Source: an uncultured Acidobacteriota bacterium (GTDB taxonomy: Bacteria > Acidobacteriota > Terriglobia > UBA7540). Taken from it: a DNA stretch of 64,000 bases. The translations under genes and the position numbers were made by a program. The notes beneath the pieces were generated by a model that saw nothing but the letters and a program-made list of their open reading frames with translations, had not been told where the DNA came from and made no database searches. Shown here piece after piece: positions 1 through 9,787 of this stretch; position 1 is the first letter of the stretch; every line of letters begins with the position of its first letter. The DNA lies in NCBI GenBank assembly GCA_963838915.1, contig CAWIUZ010000300.1, positions 3,283 through 67,282 on the forward strand. The letters run 5' to 3'.

Positions 1-1054
1 CTTTGCTGTCCACACGTGAACTATATGCCTCTATTTGCCCTCAGGCGTCAATTCGCCTTGTGGACTAATCCGTTTGGGTGATATGCAATTGGCGGCCTCA
101 ATGTCCGATGTCTTGCGGTTGAACTTAGAAGGGCATCCACGCACGAGTGGGGTGTACCGAGCATCTTGCAGCAACAGGACTTCGGCCGGAGTCCAGGCGA
201 TGAAAAAGGCGGCAGCGTTACACTCTTGCTTTCTCTCCGCCAGCAGCGATGACAGTCTTCGCATTTAGGACCGCTGACCGATGCGGCATACTCAACGGGG
301 CGAATGGCTAGAATTACTGAACCCCTCGTCGCAAAGTCCGCACATTATGAGGCCGGGAGTCCGCAAATTCGGCAGGCCTACGGGTGGGCGCACCCAATAA
401 ATTGTATCGAATAGGGGAATCATACCCGACCAGCTAGTACCAGTGTACTCTGGGCGCAAGGATCAAACAGTGTTAGTTAAATAGTAGCCGGTCACCCGGC
501 TCGAGACTATCGATGTCCAATTTTTGGGGTTGGCCAGAATGGCGCATCGGCTCTTAACAAGGTTCAGCGCCCCGCAGGTGTGTGTTCAAGAGCCAGTGAG
601 CAGCGACTATGAAGAACCACTGCACGGTTTGTGACGGGCGGCTGGATATGTGGGAGCGTCTGTGGGGACGATTCGATCATCCGACTTGCCGATCCAGAAG
701 CACAACAAAGCACCCGGCGCCCCCTGGCCCCAAGGCAAATTCGAGTATCCCAGCGGTAACGACCGTACCGGGAAAAGGGTTGGGAATCGGACTCAGGAAT
801 CCGGCAATTCTTCCCGGTAGTGAGGGAACACCGATATGAGCCAAGCGCAATTCGCGGCAGGTGGATACTACGTGGGCCGTCCCCTCCAGAAGGTGTGTGA
901 CGGCGAGCATCGTTGGTCGGATTCGGAATGGGCGAGTCGCACGTGCGCAGTGGCCAGCGTTAGCCCGTTCCGGAAGCATCAGTCTTCAGATCAGATAATT
1001 GGGAGCCATGGTCGAAGGGTATCGTGTTAGCGGTGCCTTTGGCGTGACGCCAGA

Positions 1055-1723
1055 TTGGTATCGGCTGGTCATAATCGTAGATTGGCGCTGAGTAGAAGGT
1101 CTGATCACGGCATGCTTACGTTGACCTCTTTGCGAAGAGTCTGGGCGGAAGGCAACGGGGAATTGACCCGTCCACTCCGGAAGGGAGAAGTTGAAGCGGC
1201 GCTCGAGCCCTCCGAGGCCGGCTTTCTCCTTCTGGATTCATCGCTGGTACCCATGTACGCCAACTGGGATGCCGCACAAATCCTCTGCTATCCGCAAACG
1301 CCAAAATCATCGCAAGCCGCGATAATGGCATTAAAGAAGCGACTACGCTCCTTGTTGCAAGACCGCCTTCCTGACGTGGGGTGCCCCTCCTTCGTGGAAT
1401 TTTCTTCAGAAAGAAGGCGGTATTTGCTGAAGGCATTTTGCCTCGATTCATTCATGAAAGGCCGTTGGCAGCCGGCCTATGCGCTGTTCATCGAGCGCGG
1501 GCATCACCCGGTACTCGATCTGGCGCACATCCGCAATGAATACGGCCTCACCAATCGTGAAATTCAGACCCTGCGATTCCTGCTGGGCGGGTTAACCAGT
1601 AAGGAAATAGGTTCTCGCATGAACATCAGTGCCAACACCGTAAAGGCCTTCCTGCGACAAATTATGTTGAAGATGGGCGTGACAACTCGCGCCGGAATCA
1701 TCGGCAAGTTCGTCAGCCGCTAG
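1055..1723 (+). CDS. LuxR/FixJ-family transcriptional regulator (C-terminal HTH)
   Basis: 222-aa ORF. The C-terminus 'LTNREIQTLRFLLGGLTSKEIGSRMNISANTVKAFLRQIMLKMGV' is a typical LuxR/GerE HTH. The N-terminal domain is unrecognised and the start codon is uncertain (internal Met alternatives). Confidence 0.8.
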   Translation: MVSAGHNRRLALSRRSDHGMLTLTSLRRVWAEGNGELTRPLRKGEVEAALEPSEAGFLLLDSSLVPMYANWDAAQILCYPQTPKSSQAAIMALKKRLRSLLQDRLPDVGCPSFVEFSSERRRYLLKAFCLDSFMKGRWQPAYALFIERGHHPVLDLAHIRNEYGLTNREIQTLRFLLGGLTSKEIGSRMNISANTVKAFLRQIMLKMGVTTRAGIIGKFVSR

Positions 1724-1839
1724 CTCATTTCGACTTCACTCAATCCTTTCAGCTCACGTCCCGCATCCGGGCTATCCTTCGGAACTAATCCTTTTGGGGA
1801 ATAGCGAGGCGCACAGCGCGGGATTATGCTGGGTTTGTT

Positions 1840-3051
1840 ATGAACAGACCAAGGCCCCAGCAACGGCGTACCGCCCCGCGCTTTCGCTTGCAACATCCTG
1901 TTCCTATGTACGCCTGCACTCTTCCGCTGGTGGCGGGACCAGCCTCCGAGTCACGCGTCATCGACGGCCACATTCAAAACATCAGTTGCACCGGATTGTG
2001 CCTGTTGGCGCGACAGCGTCTGAAAATCTCCGAACTGCTGGTGGGAGAAATTGGTTTTCCTGGCACACGGGCCAGTGTTCCGACGCTGCTGCAGGTGCGG
2101 TGGCTGCGCAAGAATTCGTTCGGAGCCCGCTATCGCGCGGGGTTGCACTTCGTTGTTCAAGCAGGAATTGTTGCCGCGCTGCGAGCGGGCCAGAACCGCC
2201 CCGGCTGTGGAAAAGACGCTCGCCTGGCGAGCTTGGAAATCGCTGCGCGATTCCCACTTTCCCACAGCCACGACGATGAGCTCCGGTTACATTCCCAATG
2301 TCTCGACGGCATCGCCCAAAGTAACATTCTTAAATGGCTTGATAAGGGAGCAACCGTCAGCCTGCAACCGTCAGCCAATCCTGTCCGCATTAGCCGAGGT
2401 CAAAGCGATGAGGGCCGGATCAGCCGCCACTGCTCCGCTACGGCCCCGGCGACGGGGCCGTTGTCTCTACCACTGCCGCTTTTCAACGCGTGGCCGCTCC
2501 GCCCGGCCCATGGATTTAACCTCTATGGCTGGGTGTTCGAGTCCGCGGAGTTCCTCAATGTTCGCGCAGACCTTCAGCACGGCGTCCGCGATATCATCCG
2601 TATCCTTCTTCGAACCGAGAAATATGTGGTGGGGCAGCCAAACGGACTCTTCGTAGGCCGCACGCTCGGATACGGGGCAGTGGAAACCGGATTTCAAATC
2701 GAGGGGCGTCTGGCGGCCCCAACTGAGCGCCGGCCATTCTGCCGGATCGACGGGAAAGAGCGCGCTCTTATATACGGGCTCGTAAAAGAGGCCGTCGCAG
2801 GGAACGCCTTCCATCTCCAGCGCGCCCAGGAACGCGGCGCGCGGAATGCCGCCGAAATATTCGGAGAGGTACTTGAAGACGAATTGGTATGCCGCCACGC
2901 GAGTTTGGCGTTTGTCGGGGGTGAGGAATCCGAGGCCCGGTGTCCCGCGCAACCGTTTGGCGAAGTGCTCCATATTGGCCTCGCGGACCTTGGCTTGTTT
3001 GGGCAGACGCTCAAGTTGCGCCGCCAGGATCACGGCTTGCAGTTCAGTTAG
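1840..3051 (+). CDS. PilZ-domain protein (only the N-terminal ~110 aa is supported)
   Basis: The N-terminus 'RRTAPRFRL...RVIDGHIQNISCTGLCLLARQRL...GEIGFPG...LQVRWLRKNSFGARYRAGLHF' fits the PilZ RxxxR / D-x-S-x-x-G pattern. The ORF stays open to 3051 only because it runs antisense to the aminotransferase pseudogene. The 3' ~600 nt are probably not genuine coding sequence. Confidence 0.5.
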   Translation: MNRPRPQQRRTAPRFRLQHPVPMYACTLPLVAGPASESRVIDGHIQNISCTGLCLLARQRLKISELLVGEIGFPGTRASVPTLLQVRWLRKNSFGARYRAGLHFVVQAGIVAALRAGQNRPGCGKDARLASLEIAARFPLSHSHDDELRLHSQCLDGIAQSNILKWLDKGATVSLQPSANPVRISRGQSDEGRISRHCSATAPATGPLSLPLPLFNAWPLRPAHGFNLYGWVFESAEFLNVRADLQHGVRDIIRILLRTEKYVVGQPNGLFVGRTLGYGAVETGFQIEGRLAAPTERRPFCRIDGKERALIYGLVKEAVAGNAFHLQRAQERGARNAAEIFGEVLEDELVCRHASLAFVGGEESEARCPAQPFGEVLHIGLADLGLFGQTLKLRRQDHGLQFS

Positions 3052-3784
3052 CCGGTAGTTGAATCCGATCAGGCGGTGCTGGAATTGTTGGTCGCACTGG
3101 CGCGTCCGCAATTCATGAAGGATTGGGCGCGTTCGTAGAATTCCAGATTGCTGGTGATGACCGCGCCCCCTTCGCCGCAAGTCATCAGCTTGCTGGATTG
3201 AAAGCTGAAGGTGCCCAGGTCGCCCGTGGCCCCGGCGCCGTGGTTGCGCCACTTCCCGCCATGCGCGTGGGCGCAATCTTCGATGACCAGCAGGTTGTGC
3301 TTCTTGGCGATGCGGCCAATCGCATCGAGGTCGGCAAAGCGCATCGCCAGGTGGACGGGGAGGATGGCGCGCGTGCGAGGGGTCAGGGCCGCCTCAATCA
3401 GTGTCGCATTCAGACAGTAGGTGGCGGGGTCGATGTCCACAAAAACCGGCACCGCATTGAGAAGCAGGATGGGGCCAACGGTGCCTTCCCATGTGTACGC
3501 CGGTACAATGACTTCGTCACCGGGCTTGATGTTCGCGGCTTTCGAGCGCGATCTCAATCGCGACGGTGCCGTTCGAGACCGCCAGCCCATACTTCGCGCC
3601 GTGCAGGCGGGCGAACTTCTGCGCGAAGGCGTCTGGCAATCTTGTTGGGGAAGGGATAGCCGCCCCAGTTGCGGCTGGTCAGAACCTTCTGCAGCCCGCG
3701 CGCCTCCTGCTGGGTGTAGGCGGGCCACGCGGTGAACGGCTTTTTGCGAACCGGTTTGCCCCCGGTTATGGCAAGTTTTCCCAT
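2467..3784 (-). pseudogene. DegT/DnrJ/EryC1/StrS-family PLP aminotransferase, split over four frame segments
   Basis: N-terminus 'MGKLAITGGKPVRKKPFTAWPAY..NWGGYPFPNKIA' (ATG at 3784). Next segments are 'AFAQKFARLHGAKYGLAVSNGTVAIEIAL' (third frame), 'KAANIKPGDEVIVPAYTWEGT...FSFQSSKLMTCGEGGAV' and 'FQHRLIGFNYRLTELQAVILAAQLERL...'. Frame changes lie near 3637, 3540 and 3095. Confidence 0.8.
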
Positions 3785-3965
3785 GAAATCCCCCCTTGCG
3801 GTCACAACTTCACGTGAGTGATATCGGAGCTGGTAGCCCGTACCTGACCTACAGGTCCGCGGGTGCGGCTCCCCGTCCGTGCACACAAAAACCGCGGACC
3901 TTGCGAGACAGGTCAGCGCTACTTTGTCCCCTAGCCGGTACTTCTCACAAGGTTTCGAGGTCGCC

Positions 3966-4122
3966 GGAAGGGCGGGGCTTCAGCCCCGCCGAAATCGCGG
4001 CACCGACTCTTTTCCTCGTCCCACACCCCGCGCAGCTTGCGGCTGCAAGCTGCGCGGGGTGTGGGGACAGGGCAATAATCATAAGGGGCCTTCGAACGGC
4101 GGGGCTGAAGCCCCGCCCTTCC
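3966..4122. repeat. Nested palindromic (cruciform-capable) intergenic element
   Basis: The outer arms 3966-3991 'ggaagggcggggcttcagccccgccg' and 4097-4122 are reverse complements, and each is itself a hairpin. The central 46-nt palindrome at 4020-4065 is 'cccacaccccgcgcagcttgc ggc tgcaagctgcgcggggtgtggg'. Confidence 0.8.
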
Positions 4123-4145
4123 AAAGTCGTGGTGAGAAATCCGGG

Positions 4146-5946
4146 CTACATCGCCACTCGAACTATATTGGAGTACGCAGACTCACCGGCCGGGGTTGAG
4201 CGCCCGCACACGATAGCTGAAGGTTCCGCCGGGCAGGCGGAATCGCGATAGGAGTTGGCGGTTGCGCCCAGCTTGGCAATGCGTTCCCACGCGCCGCTAT
4301 CCCCCGGGCTCCGCTCGATGCGACATTCGTGACCTCTCCACCGTGCAGTTCCCAAGACACCTCTACGGCTCCCCCGGCAGTCCTCGCCTTCAGCGAGCTT
4401 GGCGCTTCCGGCAGCACCGCCCAATCGAAATAGCTTTCATCGGCGATGGCCATCACGCTGTCTGGACCGGGACGTTCTCCAGTACGTTGCTCGGTGCCCT
4501 TCTTCCATTCGAGCGGCTTGATCTCTCCCGATACGACATCGATCAGCACGGGGTCGTTCGATGCCGGTGTTGGTAAGGGTCAGGCTCTCGTAAAAGGGAG
4601 TGAAGACGTTTCCCGGGCAAGCTGTGCGCCGCCAGCCAGTAAGCGACGATGGCCTTACCGTTTTTCCCTCGGAAGCCGTAGGCGATAGAAGGGAAAGCCG
4701 GAATGCCGCCGCAGCGCGGGGATTTCCGATCCCTCGATCCTTAATGGCCGGGTCCAAATGCGTATCCGAGAACAGCGCGTTGGTGTTCTGGTAGGCCTGG
4801 AAAGATCGGGCGCGGCGCAAAATCATCGGGGAGGTTGCGCAATCCGTGAATGAGCCCGAAATCGTCGTATTCATTTCCGTCGGTGCCCGCCGCCAGCAGC
4901 CACACGAACGTCTTGACGTGCGCCGCCCAGTTATACAGCAAGCCGCGCGGGACGTACTTGGCCTGCACGGACTCATCTGAACCTGTCCAGGAGGGGATGG
5001 AATTGAATTCGTCGTCCCAGAAGCGAATGTCTGGACGGATCCCCGGGTAGTGCTCGACCAGATCGCGCAGTTTTGCCGGAGAATTGGGGCCGTAGGCGCC
5101 GTAATCCATCGCCTCAGGGTTTAAGTTCTGGCCGTAGCCCGGATAGGTGTGATACGCAAACACATCAATACCCGCCGCGCAGTCGCACGCGTCAAGGAAG
5201 CGCTTGGCCCAGTCACTGACCGGGTCCGCCAAGCCCCCGGAAATAACCTTCGCCGCAGGATCAGCCGCGTGGACGGTCCGGACGAATGCCTTGAGCAAGT
5301 GGCCGAATTCCTCAGGATTTCCCCAGGGATTCCAATAGCCGATGTCCGGCTCGTTCCACAGAGCCCAGTAGTGAATCCGTCCCCGGAAGTGGTTCACCAT
5401 AAAACGGACGTAGTTGTCGAATGCCTCGATTTGCTCCGGGGTGCGCGGCGCCCAGAAAACTGAATACAGGCTGCGATCGTCATTATGGAAGGTGCCGGGC
5501 TCGGGAGTGATGGCGTCCGGTTTGCGGCCCGAGGGGGACGTGTACATCGGGTTGCCGTACATCAACTGGACTTGCACGTCGACGCCATTATCGACCAGCG
5601 AATTCACATAGTCGTCCAACTTGGGATCAACTGCATAGACGCCGCGCTTCTGCTCGATGTAGTCCCAGCTCGTATAGTCAGAGCTGTTCTCGTACTGGCC
5701 GATGCGGATCCACTTCACTCCGGCGTCGAACATGCGCGTCCACCACCAGCGCTCCCAGGGCAGGTAGGGGTCGCGCGGCATATCAGCGTTGATGCCGAAG
5801 CCATCCGTGATTTGCGAGGAACGCTTGGGCGGAATACGGTCGGGAAGCTGGCGGCGGGTCGCTTGGGCGAGAAGGTTCGTTCCCCCGGCACACAGCAGAA
5901 ATGTTAAGCCCCAAAAGAGCCGGTAAGGAGTGCAGTGTTTGTTCAT
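4146..5946 (-). pseudogene. Secreted clan GH-A (TIM-barrel) glycoside hydrolase with C-terminal Fn3-like domain, multiply frameshifted
   Basis: The intact part 4741..5946 has a signal peptide and a 'HYWALWNEPD' (NEP catalytic Glu) motif. The protein continues in other frames: 'QAYQNTNALFSDTHLDPAI', 'LIDVVSGEIKPLEW...EVSWELHGGEVTNV', 'RIERSPGDSGAWERIAKLGATANSYRDS', 'LPGGTFSYRVRALNP', 'AGESAYSNIVRVAM*'. That gives at least 5 frame changes. Confidence 0.7.
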
Positions 5947-6130
5947 GGTGAAGCTATCTCCGCGTCTGCTGCCGACCCGGGGACTCGGCGGCTAGTCTGG
6001 GATTCACACGACAGGTCTGGAAGGCTGGGGCCCGAGACTCGGTGCGAAAATCTCGATGGTAGCGGCGGTCTGCCCGCTGGCTTGAAAATCAGGAACCCCG
6101 GCGCCGAGAGAGCGCCGCTACCGCCGAATG

Positions 6131-6958
6131 TTATTCCTCGTTGAAGCCTGTAGATTTACGAAAAACCTCCACGTAGTGGCCGTCTTTCCTGGGCTGCTGG
6201 CTGGTCAATTCCTTCTGCAGCTTTGCCAAATCGGCAGGATCCCAGTCCGGGCGGTACTTGATGATGGCAGGCTCGAACTGACTCACGTGCTTGGATCCGG
6301 CTTCGAGCTTGAGCGGCATCACCGCATCGATGTTGACCCAGGTATTCGCCTCCTGCGGAGTGGTGTAATAGAAATACATCGAGGGCACGAGGTAGGGTTC
6401 CAAGTGTTGCTCCAGGCGCTGATTGGGGAAATAGAGCCAGAACTCCGCCGCTCGCACGGCGTCCACGGTATTGTTGGCGGCCATGCGGTGATCGGTTTTG
6501 TGCCAGCGCACATACCACTCGCCGGGATCGGGGCACAGCAGCACATCAGGACGGATCCGGCGGATGATCGCCGTCGCCTCCTCGACCAGCTTGGGCTGGG
6601 GAGCGTATTCCAGCATGCCGTCGTCGTAACCCATCCAGGAAAGGTTCTCTTTCGGAGTTCCCAGGACTGCTTCCGCGGATTCTTCTTCCGCCTTGCGAAT
6701 CCGCGCCAGCCGCTGCGAGCTCATCTCCGGGTCATAGGAGCCCTTGTCGTCGTTCGTGTACAAAACGATGTAGACCTTATTGTGGTGCTGATTCAGTAGG
6801 GCGATGGTGCCGCCCGCTCCCCACAATTCATCGTCGGGATGAGGCGTGAATATCAGCACCGTCTTGCCGGTGATGGACTCAAGCGCCGCCTCCTGGCTTC
6901 GCAGAGTGGACGGCGCGATCAAAAACGTCAGCGCCATCAGCCAGACAATACGTTTCAC
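6131..6958 (-). CDS. PIG-L/LmbE-family deacetylase, secreted
   Basis: 275-aa intact ORF with a signal peptide. It carries the 'VLIFTPHPDDELWGAGGTIALL' PIG-L signature (HPDD motif). Confidence 0.85.
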   Translation of the reverse strand: MKRIVWLMALTFLIAPSTLRSQEAALESITGKTVLIFTPHPDDELWGAGGTIALLNQHHNKVYIVLYTNDDKGSYDPEMSSQRLARIRKAEEESAEAVLGTPKENLSWMGYDDGMLEYAPQPKLVEEATAIIRRIRPDVLLCPDPGEWYVRWHKTDHRMAANNTVDAVRAAEFWLYFPNQRLEQHLEPYLVPSMYFYYTTPQEANTWVNIDAVMPLKLEAGSKHVSQFEPAIIKYRPDWDPADLAKLQKELTSQQPRKDGHYVEVFRKSTGFNEE

Positions 6959-7059
6959 GGTTCACCTCGCCTTCCGAATAGCCGTCTGATGGTTAGAAGA
7001 TCACCTGCAGGAGGGATGGATCCCACGGGTGGTCATGGCTCGTGCAGGTGATGATGCCG

Positions 7060-8444
7060 TCAGGGTGTCCCTCGGCGGTGAGTGATGGTGTAATCCTCTT
7101 TGGGATTCTCCGGCGCGTCGGTGAGCAGGCCGAGCATCTCGTAGACCTTGACCACGGCGTGATCGACCATGATTTCACCTGCGCCAGGTTCGATCCAAGT
7201 GGCGGCGCTGGCCGCCCCGTAGCCGCCCTCGGAGGCCGCTTTGATGGTGGGTAGATAGCCGAAGTAGCCGTTCGAGTAACCCGCGAGGAAACAATCCTCC
7301 ACCGGGCAGCGCGAACGCCAGTTCATCTGAAACTCGACAAAGGGCTCCCCGGGCATGCCGAGAACAGCGATCCGCTTGTTGATGAGCACGGTCGACACGG
7401 GCAGCCGCTGCTCATACTGGGTATCTGGCATGTACGCCTCGAGTCCTCCCTTGTCGATCTCAGAGCTGCCCATGATGGCCCGCTTGTATTTCTCGACGTT
7501 GTAGCGGAAGTGGAACAGCAGCGGTTCCTCAACGAAGTCCAAACTCGGCTCGGTTGCCGCCTGGGTCTGGATTCCCTGGGCCACCCGCGCCGCCTCATCG
7601 CCCAGCCGCTTTCCCGTCCAATCACGCCACTTGATGGCGTCCTCCTTCAGGGGGATGACGGCGTAATAAGGGTTGATGTCGCCCGGCGCGCCCTGCAAGA
7701 AGAAGCACATCGACTGGCCCACGGCCTGCTCCACCGTCTTTTCCATGACTCCCACCCAGTCGGTGGAGTATTGCGTGTTATCCGGACCAAAGACCACGGG
7801 ATGGCAGGCATAGTTCACGATTACGGCCAGAGGTTTTCCGTCTGCGGCGTCCACGCGCAGCACGGCCACGGTGGGATCGACCGGGCTGGTCGGAATTTCG
7901 GTGGGGTTGTGCTCAAACCAGGTTACCGTTCCGTCTGCATTTAGACGAAGCCGGTTGTGCCCAATGTAGGCGACTCCATAACCGACGCCGAGCTGCGCCG
8001 CTACGGCATTCTGGTGCGCCTCGGCGATGGCTTTGCCGATCTTGTCGAGCATTGCCGTCTCCCAGGCGGGAGTTCCGTTGCGGTATCTGTCCTGTAAACT
8101 CGGAGCCGAGTGGTCGTGGGTGGCGGCGACAAATACGTAGAGATCCCGCTGGATGCGGCGGCCGCACGGCGCAGCCGCTCGATGGAATCATGGCCAAAGG
8201 TCCGGCCCAGGTCGAGCGTGACCAGCGCCAGGCGCTTGTCCCCCACCTCCAAAACCAGGACACGGGCATAAAGCGGATCCAATGTTCCGGTGCTGGCGCG
8301 CAGCTCGTAACCCCAAAGCGGTACACCCACCGGCGGCGTGATATCCACCTTGGCGACGCCGGCTTTCAGGGTTGTGGCAGGAAGCCATTTTATCGTCACC
8401 AGTACCAGAAACGTCAGGGCCAGAACCCGCCTGAAGGCGCTCAT
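7060..8444 (-). pseudogene. Neutral/alkaline ceramidase-like hydrolase, one frameshift
   Basis: The N-terminal ORF (8444 downward) reads '[21 protein letters not shown]...LYARVLVLE'. The reading continues in another frame as '[16 protein letters not shown]...[13 protein letters not shown]...NYACHPVV'. The frame change lies near 8130-8145. Confidence 0.75.
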
Positions 8445-8545
8445 CGTGAGACCCTCCGATTGAATCCCAACTCAACTACCAAGTGCATGATTCTCGCCGA
8501 CTATGGCTAGGCGCGCCACGCTACTCTGGAGCCAGTCAGAAGTCA

Positions 8546-8577
8546 AGACCGTTGTTGGACCAGACCGTTGTTGGACC
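8546..8577. repeat. Perfect tandem duplication of a 16-nt unit
   Basis: 'agaccgttgttggacc' x2, in the divergent intergenic region between the ceramidase-like gene and ORF 8750. Confidence 0.85.
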
Positions 8578-8749
8578 GGTAGGTGCGCCGGAGAGGGCTG
8601 CGGTTTGGGCAACTCTGCTATCATCCGGGCGGGCTGGCGCAGGGTGAGCACAACCCTGCGATTTTGTGCGAATCCGTCGATCCGGGGAATCGCATGGCTG
8701 TGCTCGCCATGCGCCAGCCGGCGGGTAGCAGTCCAATCGGAGACTTCAC

Positions 8750-9205
8750 GTGCGGCTCAAAGGAAAACTCGGGATACTTTTGGTTTCGATTCTCGCCCTC
8801 GCCTTTGCAATCGTGGAAGCTACTCACTGGGCCAAATTTAGACACTTTGTTCCGCTCGGGCTGCACGCTGACGTATCGGTAAGAAAGGCCGATTACGGGA
8901 TACCGGGAATCTCGAAAGTATATGAAGCGAAGCTGACGAATTTCGGGGTTGTGCCAGTCAGGATAACGGTTTGCGATTTCGTATCCGATGCTTTTTCGTC
9001 ACACGGAACGCTGGTCGGCTCAAGCCTCGAAAAATGGGACCCCGCAAGAGAGCAGTGGCAAAGTGTGTTTACGGCAACTGAGGCCCCCTCTTGCCACCCG
9101 TACCCTCTAGGAATGGTGGAAGCGCATCTGGTGAACAGGCGACTATGGCCGGGCCAGAGCGTCTCAGCCGGGAAGGTGCGTATGCGGCATACGACGGATT
9201 CGTAG
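8750..9205 (+). CDS. Hypothetical membrane-anchored protein (possibly frameshifted near its 3' end)
   Basis: 151-aa ORF with an N-terminal TM helix 'LGILLVSILALAFAIV'. The plausible continuation 'EGAYAAYDGFVAGDKARFLILPGDGRTIPTVAFTIDE' lies in the frame of ORF 9091..9297. No recognisable family. Confidence 0.4.
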   Translation: MRLKGKLGILLVSILALAFAIVEATHWAKFRHFVPLGLHADVSVRKADYGIPGISKVYEAKLTNFGVVPVRITVCDFVSDAFSSHGTLVGSSLEKWDPAREQWQSVFTATEAPSCHPYPLGMVEAHLVNRRLWPGQSVSAGKVRMRHTTDS

Positions 9206-9319
9206 CAGGTGACAAAGCGAGATTCCTGATACTTCCGGGGGATGGACGGACGATTCCGACGGTTGCATTTACGATTGACGAACACCGGACGAGGTGACGA
9301 GGCGTGGAGGAGACCAGTG

Positions 9320-9787
9320 ATGGCAGACGCTAGCTACTTTGCAGTCGTCGAATCAGCCACGCTCCAATGGCCCACATCGCTCCGGCTGCCCTCAAGAAGA
9401 TTTCGCCTATTTGTCGCCGCCGATGCGAGCGGCTCAACAACCGAAGAAATCTCCGCCTTCGCTCATGCCGCCCTAAGTGCCGGGATGGTGTACTTCTGCG
9501 CATGGGGCCGGGACGCCGAGAGGTTCCATGACCTTGTTGATGCGGTCAGCATCGAAGACGAACTGGGGGACCGGCGATTCGCCCCGCCAACACCGAATGA
9601 CGTGATAATGACTACGTGGCATGATGACGAAACCTTGGAAGAGGCCCTCGACTTCTTCGCAACTTCCGCTCTGCCCACAAGCGGGTATGTGGCCGATAGC
9701 CGATACTGGATGGTGATATGCGTTGGCAATCCCGACTGGGCTGCCAGAGCGACCCGAGTTCTCGCCGAGACTGATTACCTTCACTAG
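9320..9787 (+). CDS. Hypothetical protein
   Basis: ATG at 9320 is preceded by GGAGGAG (9306-9312). The 155-aa product 'MADASYFAVVESATLQW...MTTWHDDETLEEALDFF' has coding-like composition but no family I can name. Confidence 0.5.
   Translation: MADASYFAVVESATLQWPTSLRLPSRRFRLFVAADASGSTTEEISAFAHAALSAGMVYFCAWGRDAERFHDLVDAVSIEDELGDRRFAPPTPNDVIMTTWHDDETLEEALDFFATSALPTSGYVADSRYWMVICVGNPDWAARATRVLAETDYLH

Noticed and set aside
609-839. 76-aa ORF beginning 'MKNHCTVCDGRLDMWERLWGRFDHPTC' (possible zinc-ribbon peptide), and the overlapping ORFs at 31..268
   Set aside because: There is only one CxxC pair plus scattered Cys. The rest is Pro/Gly-rich, there is no SD, and a longer antisense ORF overlaps it. 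The evidence does not support calling a gene. I could not explain region 1-1054.
9784-9787. A shared CTAG that provides the stop codons of two convergent genes (TAG on both strands)
   Set aside because: The observation is real but trivial. It is a 4-nt convergent overlap at a palindromic tetranucleotide and no functional implication can be supported.
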